The notes beneath the pieces are model-generated. The model saw only the letters and a program-made list of their open reading frames with translations, did not search any database and was not told the DNA's origin. The translations under genes and the position numbers were made by a program. DNA of 63,573 nucleotides, filler included, from Octopus bimaculoides (taxonomy: Eukaryota): the NCBI RefSeq assembly GCF_001194135.2. It is 6 parts of 5 records of this genome, joined end to end, with 100 filler letters (N's around TTAATTAATTAA, not from the genome) between each part and the next. Parts side by side here need not be neighbours in the genome. Positions count along the whole stretch, not along the records: positions 6,236 to 13,711 come from NC_068985.1; positions 13,812 to 26,053 come from NC_068985.1; positions 26,154 to 54,471 come from NC_068983.1; 3 more parts are not named here. The stretch is one strand, 5' to 3'. This document shows positions 13,318 to 26,663 of the stretch, piece after piece (positions within the stretch are counted from its first letter, which is position 1; each line of letters starts with the position of its first letter).

Positions 13318-13711
13318 TTCATCCCCAGCACCACCATCACCACTACCATCACCACCACCACAACCATCACCACCGCCACGACCATCACTACCGCCAACAC
13401 CTTCATGATATGTACCATCACCACCTCAACGCCACCACCACCACCAGCGCCACTATCATCACCACCACCATCACTACCACTACCACCATCACTATCATCA
13501 CGATCACCACCACCACCACCACCATATCGTCCACAACACCCCCTCAAACGCTTACCACCACGACACATGTCAAATACAACCATTACCATAACAATAGCAA
13601 TCATCACCATCACCACACCACTACTCCTAGCACTACAACCACCACCACCACCACCACCACCACCAATACCATCACCACTACCGCCACCACCAGCATCAAC
13701 ACCACCACCAT
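13318..13711. repeat. Cryptic (CAC/CAT/ACC)n trinucleotide repeat
   Basis: Direct reading; gives poly-T/H/P pseudo-ORFs. Confidence 0.9.
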
Positions 13712-13811
13712 NNNNNNNNNNNNNNNNNNNNNNNNNNNNNNNNNNNNNNNNNNNNTTAATTAATTAANNNNNNNNNNNNNNNNNNNNNNNNNNNNNNNNN
13801 NNNNNNNNNNN
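13712..13811. other. Artificial scaffold spacer
   Basis: 44N-TTAATTAATTAA-44N. Confidence 0.95.
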
Positions 13812-14115
13812 ATAGAGATAACTCGAATGTGGAGTCTAAAAACAGAAACAATTCCTATCATAGTAGGTGCCTTAGGTATAATTAAAAAATACTCAGACAA
13901 ATACATAACAAAAATACCAGGACTTACAAATATATGTAACATACAGAAAATTGCACTACTGGGTACTGCACACATTCTACGCAAAACACTTTCAATACAG
14001 TAAACATAAAAGCACCACAGCAAACCACAGCACATACCCAAGGCGCACAGAGCTGCGCTCGGTAGTGAAGTGAAAGCACGTTATAAAAATAAAACTACTG
14101 AACAATAATAATAAT
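13812..14115 (+). mobile_element. 3' end of an RLE-clade non-LTR retrotransposon (second family) with (AAT)n tail
   Basis: IEITRMWSLKTETIPIIVGALGIIKKY...IQKIALLGTAHILRKTLSIQ*, then a 3' UTR and AATAATAAT. Confidence 0.85.
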
Positions 14116-14296
14116 AGGAGAAAAAAGAGAATTTGAAGCCGCACATAGACTTGCAGTAGCACCAATAATCGTCGGAGCCTTTGGATGCTCATCCTCATCC
14201 TCATCCTTCACCCTTATGGTAAATAAATGAAATCATTAGTATTATTGTTGTTGTTTTGTTGTTGTTGTTATTATTATTATTTGTATTAATATTCTT

Positions 14297-17200
14297 TTCA
14301 TATACACTTAACTGATTAAACTGCTGGAAAAGAAAAGTAGCCTAAGATCGAGCTACAAGTAACCTTGGATGTCAAGAACCCCCGCTAAGGATTCTAGCTG
14401 TCCCTAGTAACAGTTTTCTGGAGCTGTACTAAATTGGTTTTTAAGCCTATTTCTTTTCTATTCATATCTTTAGAGACAGTTCCCATTTCACCTTTAACCA
14501 CTGGGATACATTTTACCCGCACTTTCTATAGTCTCTGTAATTCAATAGCAAGGTCCTAGTACTTTGCTATTTTTACTATACTTCTCATATTAATTTGTTC
14601 ATCATTTGGCACTGTAAAGTCAATTATCTGGTACGTTTTATTCGCTTTATCTACCAATAAAACAACCCCTCTAGCTTCTATTAGTCTGTCAGTTTGAATT
14701 TTAAAGCCCCACAAAATTTTGTATTTCTTATTTTCTAGTACTTCCCTTGGTTCGTGTTCACACCATTTATCACTATGTTGAAATCCTAGCTTTCTACATA
14801 GCTCCCAGTGGATTACTCTTCCTAGATTGTCATGTCTTTTCGCGTATTCTTTCTGTGCCTGCATGCTTACTATATGAATAACGCTTTCCACTTTTGATTT
14901 GCATAATCTAAATTCGGAATCTACTTGTTTTTGTCTATCTTCGCTTTAATCCAATTACTCTTTCATACTTGATCTTGTGCAGCTACTAACAAATTTGCTG
15001 TCTCCATCTTCAGTTTTCCCTTCTGCAACCATAAAGATGTCCCACTACAACTATTTGCTGAAACTGTCTTTGGAAATCTACTATGCAACGCCTTCTCCTT
15101 CCAGTCATATAATTTCTGTTCTTTCTTTCTGGTTTTTAACCTCGTTGGGGTTTTTCGTTTCCCTGTGTCGTGTAGTGGCTCTAGCCTTTAATAAACTCTC
15201 TTTCCTATTATCTATATAGGAATCTACATCTACTCTAGCTAACTCCATGCAGTCTTCTACTGATATTAGCCCTATTTCGTCTTTTTTCTAGGTAGGTATA
15301 ATCTTACTGCTCCTGCCATTGGGTGAAGTCCTCCATTCATATTGAATTCCTTCTTAGTCCTTCCTGTCTAGCTTTACTAATTCAGTTTTTGTCCAATATA
15401 CAAAAGCTGCTGAGTATCTAAGTAACGATACTGGCCAAGTATTTAGAGCCTTCACTAGATTCGAATAATTTAGCTTAGCTTCCTCACCTATCTAATGTAC
15501 TCCTCAATTTTCATTTTCATTTCTGTAGTTAATACTCTGTCAGATTCTAATACTACTAGATACTTATAACTCGCTCCTCCTTTCAATGATTTTAATGTCT
15601 GTCTAGGTGGTAATTGGATGCCTTCGCTGTTGACGACTTGTCCCCATCTATGCCACATTCTATGCCTATATCTTTGCAGAAGTGTCTTACAGTCTGTATG
15701 AAGGAATCGGTCTCTTTTTCATTCTTACTAAAAAGAGTCAGATCATCTATGTAGAGCAAATGATTCATTTTCCATTACTATTTCTGAACTGATACCTTGC
15801 CTATGCCTTCCTTAATACTAAACTGCAGGTGACCAAACATAAGCAAACATTAAAGGGGATAACGAGTACCCCTGAAAAATTCCTCTTTTCATATCAACCT
15901 TCCCTAAGAGTGTGTCACATGAGCAGAGATCTACTTTCCATTTCTTCATGTCAAAGCAAATTAATCTATGTTGTCTGCTATGCTGAATATACTGAAACAT
16001 TCGCTTATCCACGAGTGTGGGATCATGTCATAGTATTTCCTATAATCTATCCATGGTATTGTTAGATTTTTCTTTCTAACGTTTACTTCATTTAGCACTG
16101 CTTTGTCTATAATAGATCATGCGTTCCTCTAGCCGCCTTCCTGCAACCTTTCTGTTCTTCTGGTAGTAAATTCTGGTTCCGAAGATGCTCGGAAATGCTT
16201 TCTGAAAGAATTCCTGTTAACAGCTTCCACACAAATGATAAGCAAGTGGTTGGTCTATAGTTGCTAGCTGTATTACTTTTGCTCTTATCTTTCAATGTGA
16301 GTATTTCCTCCCTCTAGTCATCTAATCTGGTATTCCTCCATTAAGGCAATCCTGAAGTTGTTCCCCCAGCCTTGCATGTAAACTACTTAATATTTTTAGC
16401 CAGTGCCCTTGAACGAAATCTGGTTCTGCCCTTCAAAATCGGCATTTTCTTAGCACGTTACTCATTAATGGGCTAATTAATCTTAGATATGGCTGCATCT
16501 CAGTCATTACTTTTTCCCTCACTTACTGTAACCATACTACATCTCCATTATGATTAGCTAGCATATCCCATATATTAATCCAAAACGTTCTAGCTTCTCC
16601 TGCATTAAGTTTCGCATCTTCCGTACTTCGTTCTCCACTCTCTATTTGGTTATAAAATCTCTTCTGATCGGTCTGAAATAATCTTTTTTATTGATACTGA
16701 TCTATTCTTTTCTGATGTCTGGAGATCTTTCCTGCTACTGCTATGATATGTTATTTCAACTCTTCTATTACCGTCCCAAATACTTTCTCTTTTCTCGAGG
16801 GAAGATTTGCATTTTTGTTTCCTAAGTAGTTCAATTTCCAGGTTTCTATTCTACTCAGATCTTGTCTTAACGTCTTCACTTTATTTTGTAGTTTATTTTT
16901 CCACGTTTACACTTTTCTAAAATTTCCTTGTATAAATCAATACTTTCCTGCATAAATCAATAAGCTAGTATCTCCCATATTTTTAAAATATATCATACTG
17001 ATAACCGAATTTACTTATCTAGTCATTTCTAGCTGCTTCCTTCTGTTGGTGCCTTTTAATAATAGCAATCGTTTTTCTTACTTTTTTTTTTACTTATTAC
17101 TTCCTGCAATTCATCTAAATATTTCTGATCTTCCTCACATAAATCACTTAAGTCGTTGGTGCCAGTTATCCCTTCCTTATTGGTAGCGCTATTATTATTT

Positions 17201-17760
17201 TCTTCCTTAGTAGTGCTATTATTATTTTCTTCTTTCGTTTAAGCTGTATCTCGTATGTTGTTGCTTGCCTTTCTCACTGCCTGGTCTTTCTTTTCCGGTT
17301 CTCTCAAGATCTCTTCTACCTCCGATTCTGTCATACACTTTCTTCTCCTAATAGTATTATCTTGATCAACTAATCTCTACTCAGCAATTATAAACATACC
17401 ATTCTCTACCCAAAATTTTTGACATCCGTTTTCTATAGCCCCTTCTTTTAGGTTCACTTTTTAAGTAGCACTGCATCACTATCCTGTTTTCTTCGCTGGA
17501 CCACTTTCCGCTCATCGCTTTATTACCTATTGATGCTATATTGGGATTACAGCTGCGGTCAGTATCCATCTTTCCTGGACCACTACCGATCGAGAGCAGT
17601 GGTTCCCTTAACGTTCCAGCCTCATTTTCGCTGTTACAAACAACGAGTTTCTTCAGAAACTCCAGTCTTTCATAAACTGAGGTAAGATAACGTTCATCAC
17701 CACTATTATTTTTCGACATCTGAAAGTTTCAGGCAACTTTCTATTGCATCATTTGTGGCA
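14297..17760 (-). mobile_element. Near full-length, frameshifted R4/Dong-like RLE non-LTR retrotransposon
   Basis: N-terminus KWSSEENRIVMQCYLKSEPKRRGYRKRM; RT NYRPTTCL, EQKGCRK, RGIFQGYSLSPLMF, HLLYIDDL; QKEYAKRHD; RLE region ILWGFKIQTDRLIEAR...IIDFTVP; 3' end beside (TAA/CAA)n. Confidence 0.92.
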
Positions 17761-18016
17761 CTTTGTTCTAGTGGGGTGATGTGTTATGCATATTATTTGG
17801 TCGGGGAATATTGTATCGGTACGTTTTTCTTATGGGGGGGGGGATGATTTCTGACTTTTGTTGGATGTTTACAGTATGAGTTTATTCTTATATACTTTTG
17901 GACAGATGTTGCAAAGTAGAGTGTGTGTGCACAACTCATAAATCCACTGTTTTATAATATTATTGGTCCGTCCGCCGTCCGTTCTCATTTGTTTGGTTTT
18001 GTTATGGGTTCCATTA

Positions 18017-18145
<129 letters not shown>

Positions 18146-18499
18146 AATAATATTAATACGGCAAGTTGTATTTTTAACGTCAGTACCTGTGATGTGTGTC
18201 ACATTATCTCAAAGGAAGAAGTGATTGGCAAAGCGGGAGAGGGGTGGGCAGAGAAGAAGTGAGTGAGAAAGACAGAGTGAGATACAAAGAGAAATCGCGA
18301 GAGGCAGCGAGTGATGAAGGCGTTCGTTTTGTGTTTTTAAATGTTTATCACATTGCAAGAAAGGTTCATATGTAGATCCATACAGACATAGCTAAATTAA
18401 CTAAATTAAAAGCGGGAGATAGGGGGGACAGAGAGGAAGTGAAAGAGACAGTAGATACATTGATCGAAAGAAAGTTGATACAGAAATACATACATACGT

Positions 18500-18790
18500 T
18501 GCTGAATCAAAGACAACTACACCAAATATTGCATGTCACTTTCCCTTTTCATTACCACACGAGGATAAAATTAACTCGCAAGTGGCTGAGTACTACACAC
18601 ACATGCATGCCGTTGACGCAGTTCTCAGTGAGATTCAGCCTCACACAGAATATGACGAAGCTGGCCCCTTTGAATTATAGCTACAACTCATTTTGGCCAG
18701 CTAAGTGGACTGTAGCAAGATAAACCTTCAAGTGGTTGGAAGGAAACGAAAAAAGATCCTATACAGAAGCAGGAAGATCATTTTAGTCAT
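18500..18790 (+). mobile_element. Highly decayed RTE-type LINE ORF2 C-terminal remnant
   Basis: Across frames: QRQLHQILHV / EDKINSQV / FGQL / VGRKRK, resembling the RTE motif QRCLR.IL...W.DKITN.EV...YG.L...GR..KR. Confidence 0.45.
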
Positions 18791-18879
18791 TAGCGTCTCT
18801 ATAGTGTTAATCCGGTCCTAACAGCGGCATTTGTGCATCTCACAGATCTAGAGGCCAAGTGCCCAAATAAATACCGATG

Positions 18880-19030
18880 AACAGGCTGTTGTTATGAAAC
18901 TGAGCGTGGGTGGGCTGCATCAAGGTGAAGTATAGTAACTTGTTCAAGAATAGAGCGCGCCGCAGTGAATCGTACTCATGACTTTACAATCATGGGCCAA
19001 ATATCCCTAACCATTGAGCCACGCACTTCT
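18880..19030 (-). mobile_element. Decayed SINE family C fragment
   Basis: GTGAAGTATAGTAACTTGTTCAAGAATA...CCTAACCATTGAGCCACGC resembles 54850-54948. Confidence 0.55.
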
Positions 19031-19309
19031 CTCTCTTAACTATAGAGAAAAGGAGTGAAGCAATAGAGACAGAGAAAGGAAAGCATCAGTCATTTACAAT
19101 GACAATTAGACCATGTTCCTTTTTCAAGCACGTTTAACGTTTTCTCCAGAAACTACAAACAAGCGCGCTTCCCTTCCTTTACTTCTTTTTTCATAGACAA
19201 ATTTCCAATGGAGTATAACTGTGGAAAGAGCCAAGAAAATGGGTAATACCCGTACAAAATGGGTGGTGGGGAAAAGTTGCTAACACGTAGCTACACAAAA
19301 TTCAACTCT

Positions 19310-19620
19310 GTACTTTCAAGAGTGTCTTCTACTATAGCCACGTGCCGACCAAAACCTTGTGACTTAACTTGGTAGACGGAAACTGAAAGAAATCTGTCGT
19401 ATATCTGTGTGTGTGTGTGTGTGTGTGTTCTTGTGTGTATTCTCTCCCCACCTACCATTGCTTGACAACCAATGTTGGTGTGTTTGTATCCCCATAACTT
19501 AGCTGTTCAGCAGAAGAAACTGGTAGAATAAGCACCAATCTTACAGGGAATAAGTTCAGGGGTCGATTTCTTCAATGGCCACCGTCAAATGATTGAAATA
19601 AGGAAAAGAATGAAAGAAAG
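19310..19620 (+). mobile_element. 5'-truncated SINE family A
   Basis: AGTGTCTTCTACTATAGCC...GGTAGACGGAAACTGAAAGAA...GCTTGACAACCAATGTTGGTG...GGGGTCGATTTC. Confidence 0.85.
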
Positions 19621-20038
19621 AAAAGAATATCACAAGAACGTTCCATATTCCATCCCATTGAACCAAGAAAGTTCTTAAAATATGTACGATGTATCTTAAG
19701 GCTAAATAGTAATTTTGTTTACGTTTGCATAAATTTTGGTTGGATTATATAGTTATCGGTTTTACATTTTTTTTTTCTATATTCTGTAACTGTCACTATA
19801 TAGGAACATTTTTCATGTCACCAGCACAAAATTTACAGATGCTTACATTTTTTATAGTTTCCATCTTCTTTCAATTCTGTTTTCTTTTCTTGCCCAGTGT
19901 CTTCCTGACAGCTACGGAAGAGAAACGCATTTGTAGGCCTTTAAAATAAACACACGGGTTTGTGTATTTACCAAATCATGTGATAGAGAAAAAATGGGTA
20001 ACAACGATTATTATTATTATTATTACCATCATCATCAC

Positions 20039-20086
<48 letters not shown>

Positions 20087-20110
20087 TATTATTATTATTA
20101 TTATTATTTC

Positions 20111-20545
20111 AATGACAGAGCAGTGCACGGTCCATCAAAGTGACATTGGGATACAATATAGGAAGCCCAGTATACCCATCATGACTACCCGTCTGAGAAG
20201 AGTACACCAGGCACATGCATCATAACCTCATGTGCGGGTCATGGTGATCTCATATCAAGACATGTAGCGCATAAACTTGCAAGTGTGGCCCATTACAATT
20301 TTCTTCAGATTCAATAGCTCATTCCACCCAAAATGTCTCTGAATAAGGGTTGTTTATGGACGTTGAGCAAAGCACACCTCTTAACACATGTCTATAATGC
20401 TCCCAAACTAATTCTGCTGGTGCTCAGAGATGCACATATCATCGGCATCGAAGGATCATGCTCAACTGATTAATGTCAAAGAAGCAAATCTGTGGTATCG
20501 AGAATATTTTCTACAGCCCATCTTGTATACCATGACAAGAAGCTC
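20111..20545 (+). mobile_element. Microsatellite-embedded ~500-bp non-coding repeat, copy 1
   Basis: GAGCAGTGCA..CCATCAAAGTGACA...CAGAGATGCACATATC...AAATCTGTGGTAT is shared with 53400 and 57219; flanked by (ATT/ATC)n on both sides. Confidence 0.85.
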
Positions 20546-20562
20546 TCTTATATTATTATTAC

Positions 20563-20623
<61 letters not shown>

Positions 20624-20629
20624 GTTGTC

Positions 20630-20677
<48 letters not shown>

Positions 20678-22101
20678 GTTGTTGTTGTTGTTGTTGTTGT
20701 TGTTACTGAGATAATATTAATGATGGTTTCAAATTTTGGCACAAGGTCAGAGATTTCGAGAGAAGGGGCAGGTTAATGTCATTGACCTCGGTTTTTTATC
20801 AACAATGAAATGCTCACCGCAGAAGTGGACTACATTGGTCAACTATTGAATGTACGGTATTGATTAACCACTCCCGCTAGCAGTACTGACCGTCTGTCAA
20901 AATATAAAACCATTATTTTTTTCATGTTATACCAAAAACAATCCCTAGTACACCATTATATTCTTCAAATTTGTGAAGAAAGTAAACACACACATGCACA
21001 CACAGTAATGCAGACACATACGCACGCACTGACGCACACCCGCACCTACGCACGGAAACACGCACGCACGCACGCACGCACGCACACACCCACGCACATA
21101 CACAAACGCGCGCACTCACGCACACACATACGCACACATACACATAAGGAAGCTTCTTACCACACAGCCACGCCTGCGCCTAAAAATATATCTATCGAAA
21201 TATTCTACCAAAAATTTACTACAGTTTCTTTCCATAAATTTAAGCGATCAATTTGATGTGGAGAAATGTCCACGCTCGTGCACTCGCACACCACCACCAT
21301 TAAACACAATATTTATTACTGAAAAAGTACGCATTGGAAAACTTAATACATCGCAGAAACATGATAATATATCAAACACAGTTCATTTAACTGAACTTTT
21401 TAACTTTCAGATAAACTAGTTGACATTGTTCATTGACTCACATGATATAGAGATTTCAATGTTGATCTCATCAAAGAATACCAATAAAATATTACTTCTC
21501 GGTCAAGGTGCCAATTTCATGTAAATAGAAAGGACTTTAAGAATTTGTATTTTATTAGGAATAATATAAGAGAATATAGTTTTCTAAATCATATTTTCAA
21601 AATGTCTTCGCTTTCCATAAAGGTCATACACACAATCTTCATATATACGTGTATTTACATATGTATATATATACATATGTGTGTGTGCGTGTGTATGTGT
21701 TTCTGTATATATATATATATATATATATNNNNNNNNNNNNNNNNNNNNNNNNNNNNNNNNNNNNNNNNNNNNNNNNNNNNNNNNNNNNNNNNNNNNNNNN
21801 NNNNNNNNNNNNNNNNNNNNNNNNNNNNNNNNNNNNNNNNNNNNNNNNNNNNNNNNNNNNNNNNNNNNNNNNNNNNNNNNNNNNNNNNNNNNNNNNNNNN
21901 NNNNNNNNNNNNNNNNNNNNNNNNNNNNNNNNNNNNNNNNNNNNNNNNNNNNNNNNNNNNNNNNNNNNNNNNNNNNNNNNNNNNNNNNNNNNNNNNNNNN
22001 NNNNNTTTTTAAACTTTTAAATTTTCATATTCAAAAGAGACAATCGAATTTGAAGTCTCTGTCTCTTTTGAATATGAAAATTTTAAAGTTTAAAAATCTT
22101 A

Positions 22102-22151
<50 letters not shown>

Positions 22152-23530
22152 ATGTATGTATGTATGTATGTATGTATACAGCATATTTTTTAGAGATAAG
22201 ATTATCTCTATATAGAGAGTGCATCGAAGTGCTCAGTGTATTTGAACCATAGAAAATTAGTAGAAATAATGAAGAGAGACACAAGATAGGTGACCAAAAT
22301 ATATTACTTTTGTGAAATCATTATATGCACCAGATCATGTTCTAAAATATATATAGATATATAAATATACTTAAAACTATTAAAATAAGTTTACAATATA
22401 TAGATTCATATATACAATAAAACCATAATTCCATTAAATATAAAAATATGGTTTAGGCCTTTTCCATATGGTTTAGGCCTATTATGTTTTTCTCGACAGT
22501 AGATTAATACTCGTTCCATCTACTATGACAAAAATAAGTCTACCAGAGTAATAAATGTAGCACTTTGTGAAGACCGTAGCAACGGATTCCACAATAGCTC
22601 ATAACATGCATTATCTTACCAGTTGAATCTTCCTTGATAAAGGAGGCAGTGGTATTGAGTGGAATTTAAGTTTATTTGTGCAACATTATGCCCCCCCCCC
22701 CACACACACACACAAATAACACCTGTCGGATATAAAATTTTAGATTTTAAACTTCTATATGGATTTACTATATTTTCTACATTCGGATTTTAAGCGAATT
22801 GTCAATTTTATGGGTTTACAATATTTTACATATTTTAATACCGTTTTTAAAAAGTAAGTAGGACTATATTTTTGTACATTGTAAATGTATTCTGAACACA
22901 TTTATATATATATTTATATCTACATATTTTAATACNNNNNNNNNNNNNNNNNNNNNNNNNNNNNNNNNNNNNNNNNNNNNNNNNNNNNNNNNNNNNNNNN
23001 NNNNNNNNNNNNNNNNNNNNNNNNNNNNNNNNNNNNNNNNNNNNNNNNNNNNNNNNNNNNNNNNNNNNNNNNNNNNNNNNNNNNNNNNNNNNNNNNNNNN
23101 NNNNNNNNNNNNNNNNNNNNNNNNNNNNNNNNNNNNNNNNNNNNNNNNNNNNNNNNNNNNNNNNNNNNNNNNNNNNNNNNNNNNNNNNNNNNNNNNNNNN
23201 NNNNNNNNNNNNNNNNNNNNNNNNNNNNNNNNNNNNNNNNNNNNNNNNNNNNNNNNNNNNNNNNNNNNNNNNNNNNNNNNNNNNNNNNNNNNNNNNNNNN
23301 NNNNNNNNNNNNNNNNNNNNNNNNNNNNNNNNNNNNNNNNNNNNNNNNNNNNNNNNNNNNNNNNNNNNNNNNNNNNNNNNNNNNNNNNNNNNNNNNNNNN
23401 NNNNNNNNNNNNNNNNNNNNNNNNNNNNNNNNNNNNNNNNNNNNNNNNNNNNNNNNNNNNNNNNNNNNNNNNNNNNNNNNNNNNNNNNNNNNNNNNNNNN
23501 NNNNNNNNNNNNNNNNNNNNNNNNNNNNNN

Positions 23531-24995
23531 AATGATGCCAAACCATTTTTCAATGTTTACTTTTAGAAATGATAACATTTGAAACATTTTTTGGTGTTTA
23601 GTTATAGAGATAAGATTTTTAAACCCCAAGTAAAACTAATATAATCATTGTTTTTTGAGATTGGGTTTGAAATTCTTAATAAAGTCCTTTTCTCTCCGTT
23701 TTCTCTCAAATTCATTCAGGTTGTAAAGTTTATGAAATAGAAATATCATAAACGTTTTTCGACCACATGTTGCCAGATGGTTACTCAGTGGTATTTGGCG
23801 GACCTCTGGGTTTTTAATCTGTTGTCGATGCACACGCGAGCGTTCTGATAATGCATTACCTGTCTGGCCAACGTACAGTTGTTCACAATTTGGGCATTTG
23901 ATACAGTAAATTAGATTTCTACTTTTGCAGTTCATATTCGCGTTGGTGAATATTTTCCCTGTTTTTGTGTTCATATATGGGCCGGTATGAATTGATTGGC
24001 ATGTACCGCATCGGCTGTCATTGCATTTAGACACATTGAATGTTTGATTTTTTTGTTGCTGAGGTCAAACCTTGCCTTTGTTAATAACTTTTTCAAGCTT
24101 TTAGGCTGTCTCTTACTGAGAGTTATAGTTTGATCTGTAATGATATATCTCAATTCCTTACTTTGTGCAATGATTGGTAGGTTTGCTTTAGCGATATTGA
24201 AGATGTTCTGGTTGCATAGATTGTGTGTCACTATAAATGTTTTTTCTCTTGTTTGCGGTGTCCTCAGTTTTTGTATGGGTATTTTTGAAGCCCGCTGAAT
24301 ACCATTATCTATAAGTTGTGACGGGTATTTTTGTTTGAGCAGAAATTCTTTCAGTTCTATCAGGCGCTGATTTCTGGTCTTTAGATCCTCTACAATGGTA
24401 CATATTCTTCTGGCTAAGCAGTATGGGATGTTACGTTTTGTATGCAGTGGATGGGACGATTTAAAATTCAGGTATTGGTGTGTATCTCTGTGTTTATAAT
24501 ATATAGCTGTGGTAATGGCGGTGTTCTTTTTAACTACCGTTATATCTAGAAATGATAATTTGGTACTGCTCATCTCCTTTGTAAATTGTGTGCATGGGTG
24601 TAGGTTTTTCAGGATGGTGTTGAATTCTTCCACAGTGTTTTGAGCTTTTGTCCAGATTATAAAGCAATTGTTGAGGTATCTCTTCCATGCTTTTTCAATA
24701 TACTTCCTAAATTCAGTGTTGTATTTCTCCTCTACTTCCTGGTAGAGATTTTGTTCTAAGTATCCCATCACTGAATTCGCATAAACGGCAGAAAACCTCG
24801 TTCCCATAGCCGTGCCTTTAATTTGGATATAGTTCTTTCCATTGAAGTAGAAAATGTTGTTTTCCAGAATAAGTCTCACTGAGTCTAGTATAAATGTCAC
24901 CGTGAATTTGTTGGGAATTGCGTCTCTATGTTTATCTACCCAGTTTTTGATCGCCTTTATTCCTAAATCATGTGGGATATTGGTGTATAGGCTTA
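23531..24995 (-). mobile_element. 5'-truncated Penelope-like element: RT C-half plus GIY-YIG endonuclease (frameshifted, catalytically dead)
   Basis: SLYTNIP, YIQIKGTAMGT, RYLNNCF (DD to NN), LSFLDI, IYYKHRDTHQYL; CSRCGTC-like CNDSRCGTC, NCKSRNLIYCIKCPNC...YVGQTG, RVHRQQI, RKRREKDFI. Confidence 0.93.
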
Positions 24996-25001
24996 ATATA
25001 G

Positions 25002-25133
25002 AAGAGAAAAAACAAGAACAAATCATACCGTTTATAGTGACACACAATCCATGCCACCAGAACACCTTCAATATCGCTAAAGCAAACCTACCGATCATTG
25101 CACAAAGTAAGGAATTGAGAAATATCATTACAG
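25002..25133 (+). mobile_element. Inverted copy of an internal segment (24133-24253) of the adjacent Penelope element
   Basis: TTTATAGTGACACACAATC...AATATCATTACAG; about 5 mismatches in about 103 nt plus a 16-nt indel against the main copy. Confidence 0.9.
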
Positions 25134-25769
25134 GAGTGTGTGATTAAGTTGTACACTAAGCGAAGTTGGGTGGCGGGAAAGTAATATATGTATTGGTTGG
25201 ATCAACTGAAGGTTAGACGAAATCACTCAATGAATTGAGAATTTCGATGAAAATTATGACAATTTTCAGGTAGCTTTATTGATTATTTACTTCAAGAGTA
25301 CCGTGGGTATAACGTTAGTACCATCCCAGACGTGGATGTAGTATTCCGTTGTGTATGGAATGTTAATATTATTTTAAGAGTTGAATTTTAAGTTTGAGAC
25401 TAAAGTTAAAGAAGGTTACTAATTCTCTGGCTAAGCATTTCAAGAAATTTTGAGCGGAGTTACTTATGTATACTGAATTTGTTCATACACTGCACTCTTA
25501 CAAGCATACCGCCTTATGTGCGTCACCGTTTATTCTAACCTCTCCAAAATACACAAAATAACCGCCTTCTCCCTCTTTCTTTGTCCATCTTCAGTCACCC
25601 TACCATGCTAACGCTACATTATGTTACATAATTCATTTAAATCATCCGTTTTATCAATTTCTCGCTCATACCAAACAAGCTCCCACCAACATATCCCTCA
25701 TCCTCTCCTTTCCAGCATTTTACCTCACCACCCGTCCTGCTTCTGTCCCATCCACCCCTTCTCCACTTC

Positions 25770-26053
25770 AGTTTGTTGTTACCATTCCTCTAGGTCTTCT
25801 CCTCTCTGAGGCGCAGCGCTCCCTCCGCAGTAAAGGTGTGCGCTTCTCCCCCTTCACTCCATCCAGCAATGAATTTCGTACTCGTGGCGATATCCACAGT
25901 TTTGTGCGCCGCGCTAGGTTGTGTGCCCTTTTCCGCGACACTCTACCTGCATCTAATGAGGAGGATTGCTTCACCGAACTAGGCCGCAGACAATCCCAGT
26001 GGACGCTACCTCCTGTCCAGTTCCAAGCAGTTGATCTTTTTGCGGGTGCCTTC
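25770..26053 (+). mobile_element. Penelope-like (GC-rich family) ORF N-terminal domain, cut by spacer
   Basis: VVTIPLGLLLSEAQRSLRSKGVRFSP...NEF...FVRRARL matches the PLE N-terminal pattern L...E.S.L.KGL.F.P...F.RR.RL. Confidence 0.8.
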
Positions 26054-26153
26054 NNNNNNNNNNNNNNNNNNNNNNNNNNNNNNNNNNNNNNNNNNNNTTA
26101 ATTAATTAANNNNNNNNNNNNNNNNNNNNNNNNNNNNNNNNNNNNNNNNNNNN
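26054..26153. other. Artificial scaffold spacer
   Basis: 44N-TTAATTAATTAA-44N. Confidence 0.95.
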
Positions 26154-26184
<31 letters not shown>

Positions 26185-26188
26185 TGTA

Positions 26189-26663
26189 CAGGGTGGGCCA
26201 AAAGTCACGCACAAAATAAGTTCAATACGCTTCGGATTGTCAAGTATGCTTCAATTTTTCTAAAATTGAATAAGATAAATATATGATAAATATAATGATG
26301 CATACACACACGTACTTGTACATGATGAATAAAATTAATAATAATCTTTTCTACCACAGGTACAAGGTTCGAAATTTGAGAGGAGATAGTTAATGACATC
26401 GACCCCAGTGCTCCAATGGTACTTATTTTATCAACTCTAAAAGGATGAAAGGAAAAGTCGACCGCGACGGAATTTGAACTGAGAACATAAGGACGGAAAA
26501 ATTGCTGCTAAGCATTTTCCCTGGAGTGCTAACGATTCTGCCAGCTTGGTGCCTTAATTAAGACAGCAATAATAACAAATATATTTGTCCTTGTGCATTT
26601 TGATGGCTAAAAGTGTATAAATAAAATGTCGAATGTTTTTGTGCGTGATTTCTGGCCCACCTG
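26189..26663. mobile_element. Tc1/mariner-type MITE with TA target duplication and a nested SINE
   Basis: TA|CAGGGTGGGCCAAAAGTCACGCAC ... GTGCGTGATTTCTGGCCCACCTG|TA terminal inverted repeats. Confidence 0.85.
26355..26555 (-). mobile_element. tRNA-derived SINE family B nested in the MITE
   Basis: Reverse strand: TGGCAGAATCGTTAG (A box), GTTCAAATTCC (B box), GATAAAATAAGTACC...CTGGGGTCGATG. Confidence 0.85.

Noticed and set aside
13144-13767. Pro/Thr/His-rich mucin- or extensin-like ORFs
   Set aside because: Cryptic (CAC)n repeat, open in several frames on both strands, with no splice context.
22613-22640. 13-nt minus-strand microexon before a GTAAGA donor
   Set aside because: Non-standard AAG acceptor, and it lies across a spacer from the other candidate exons.
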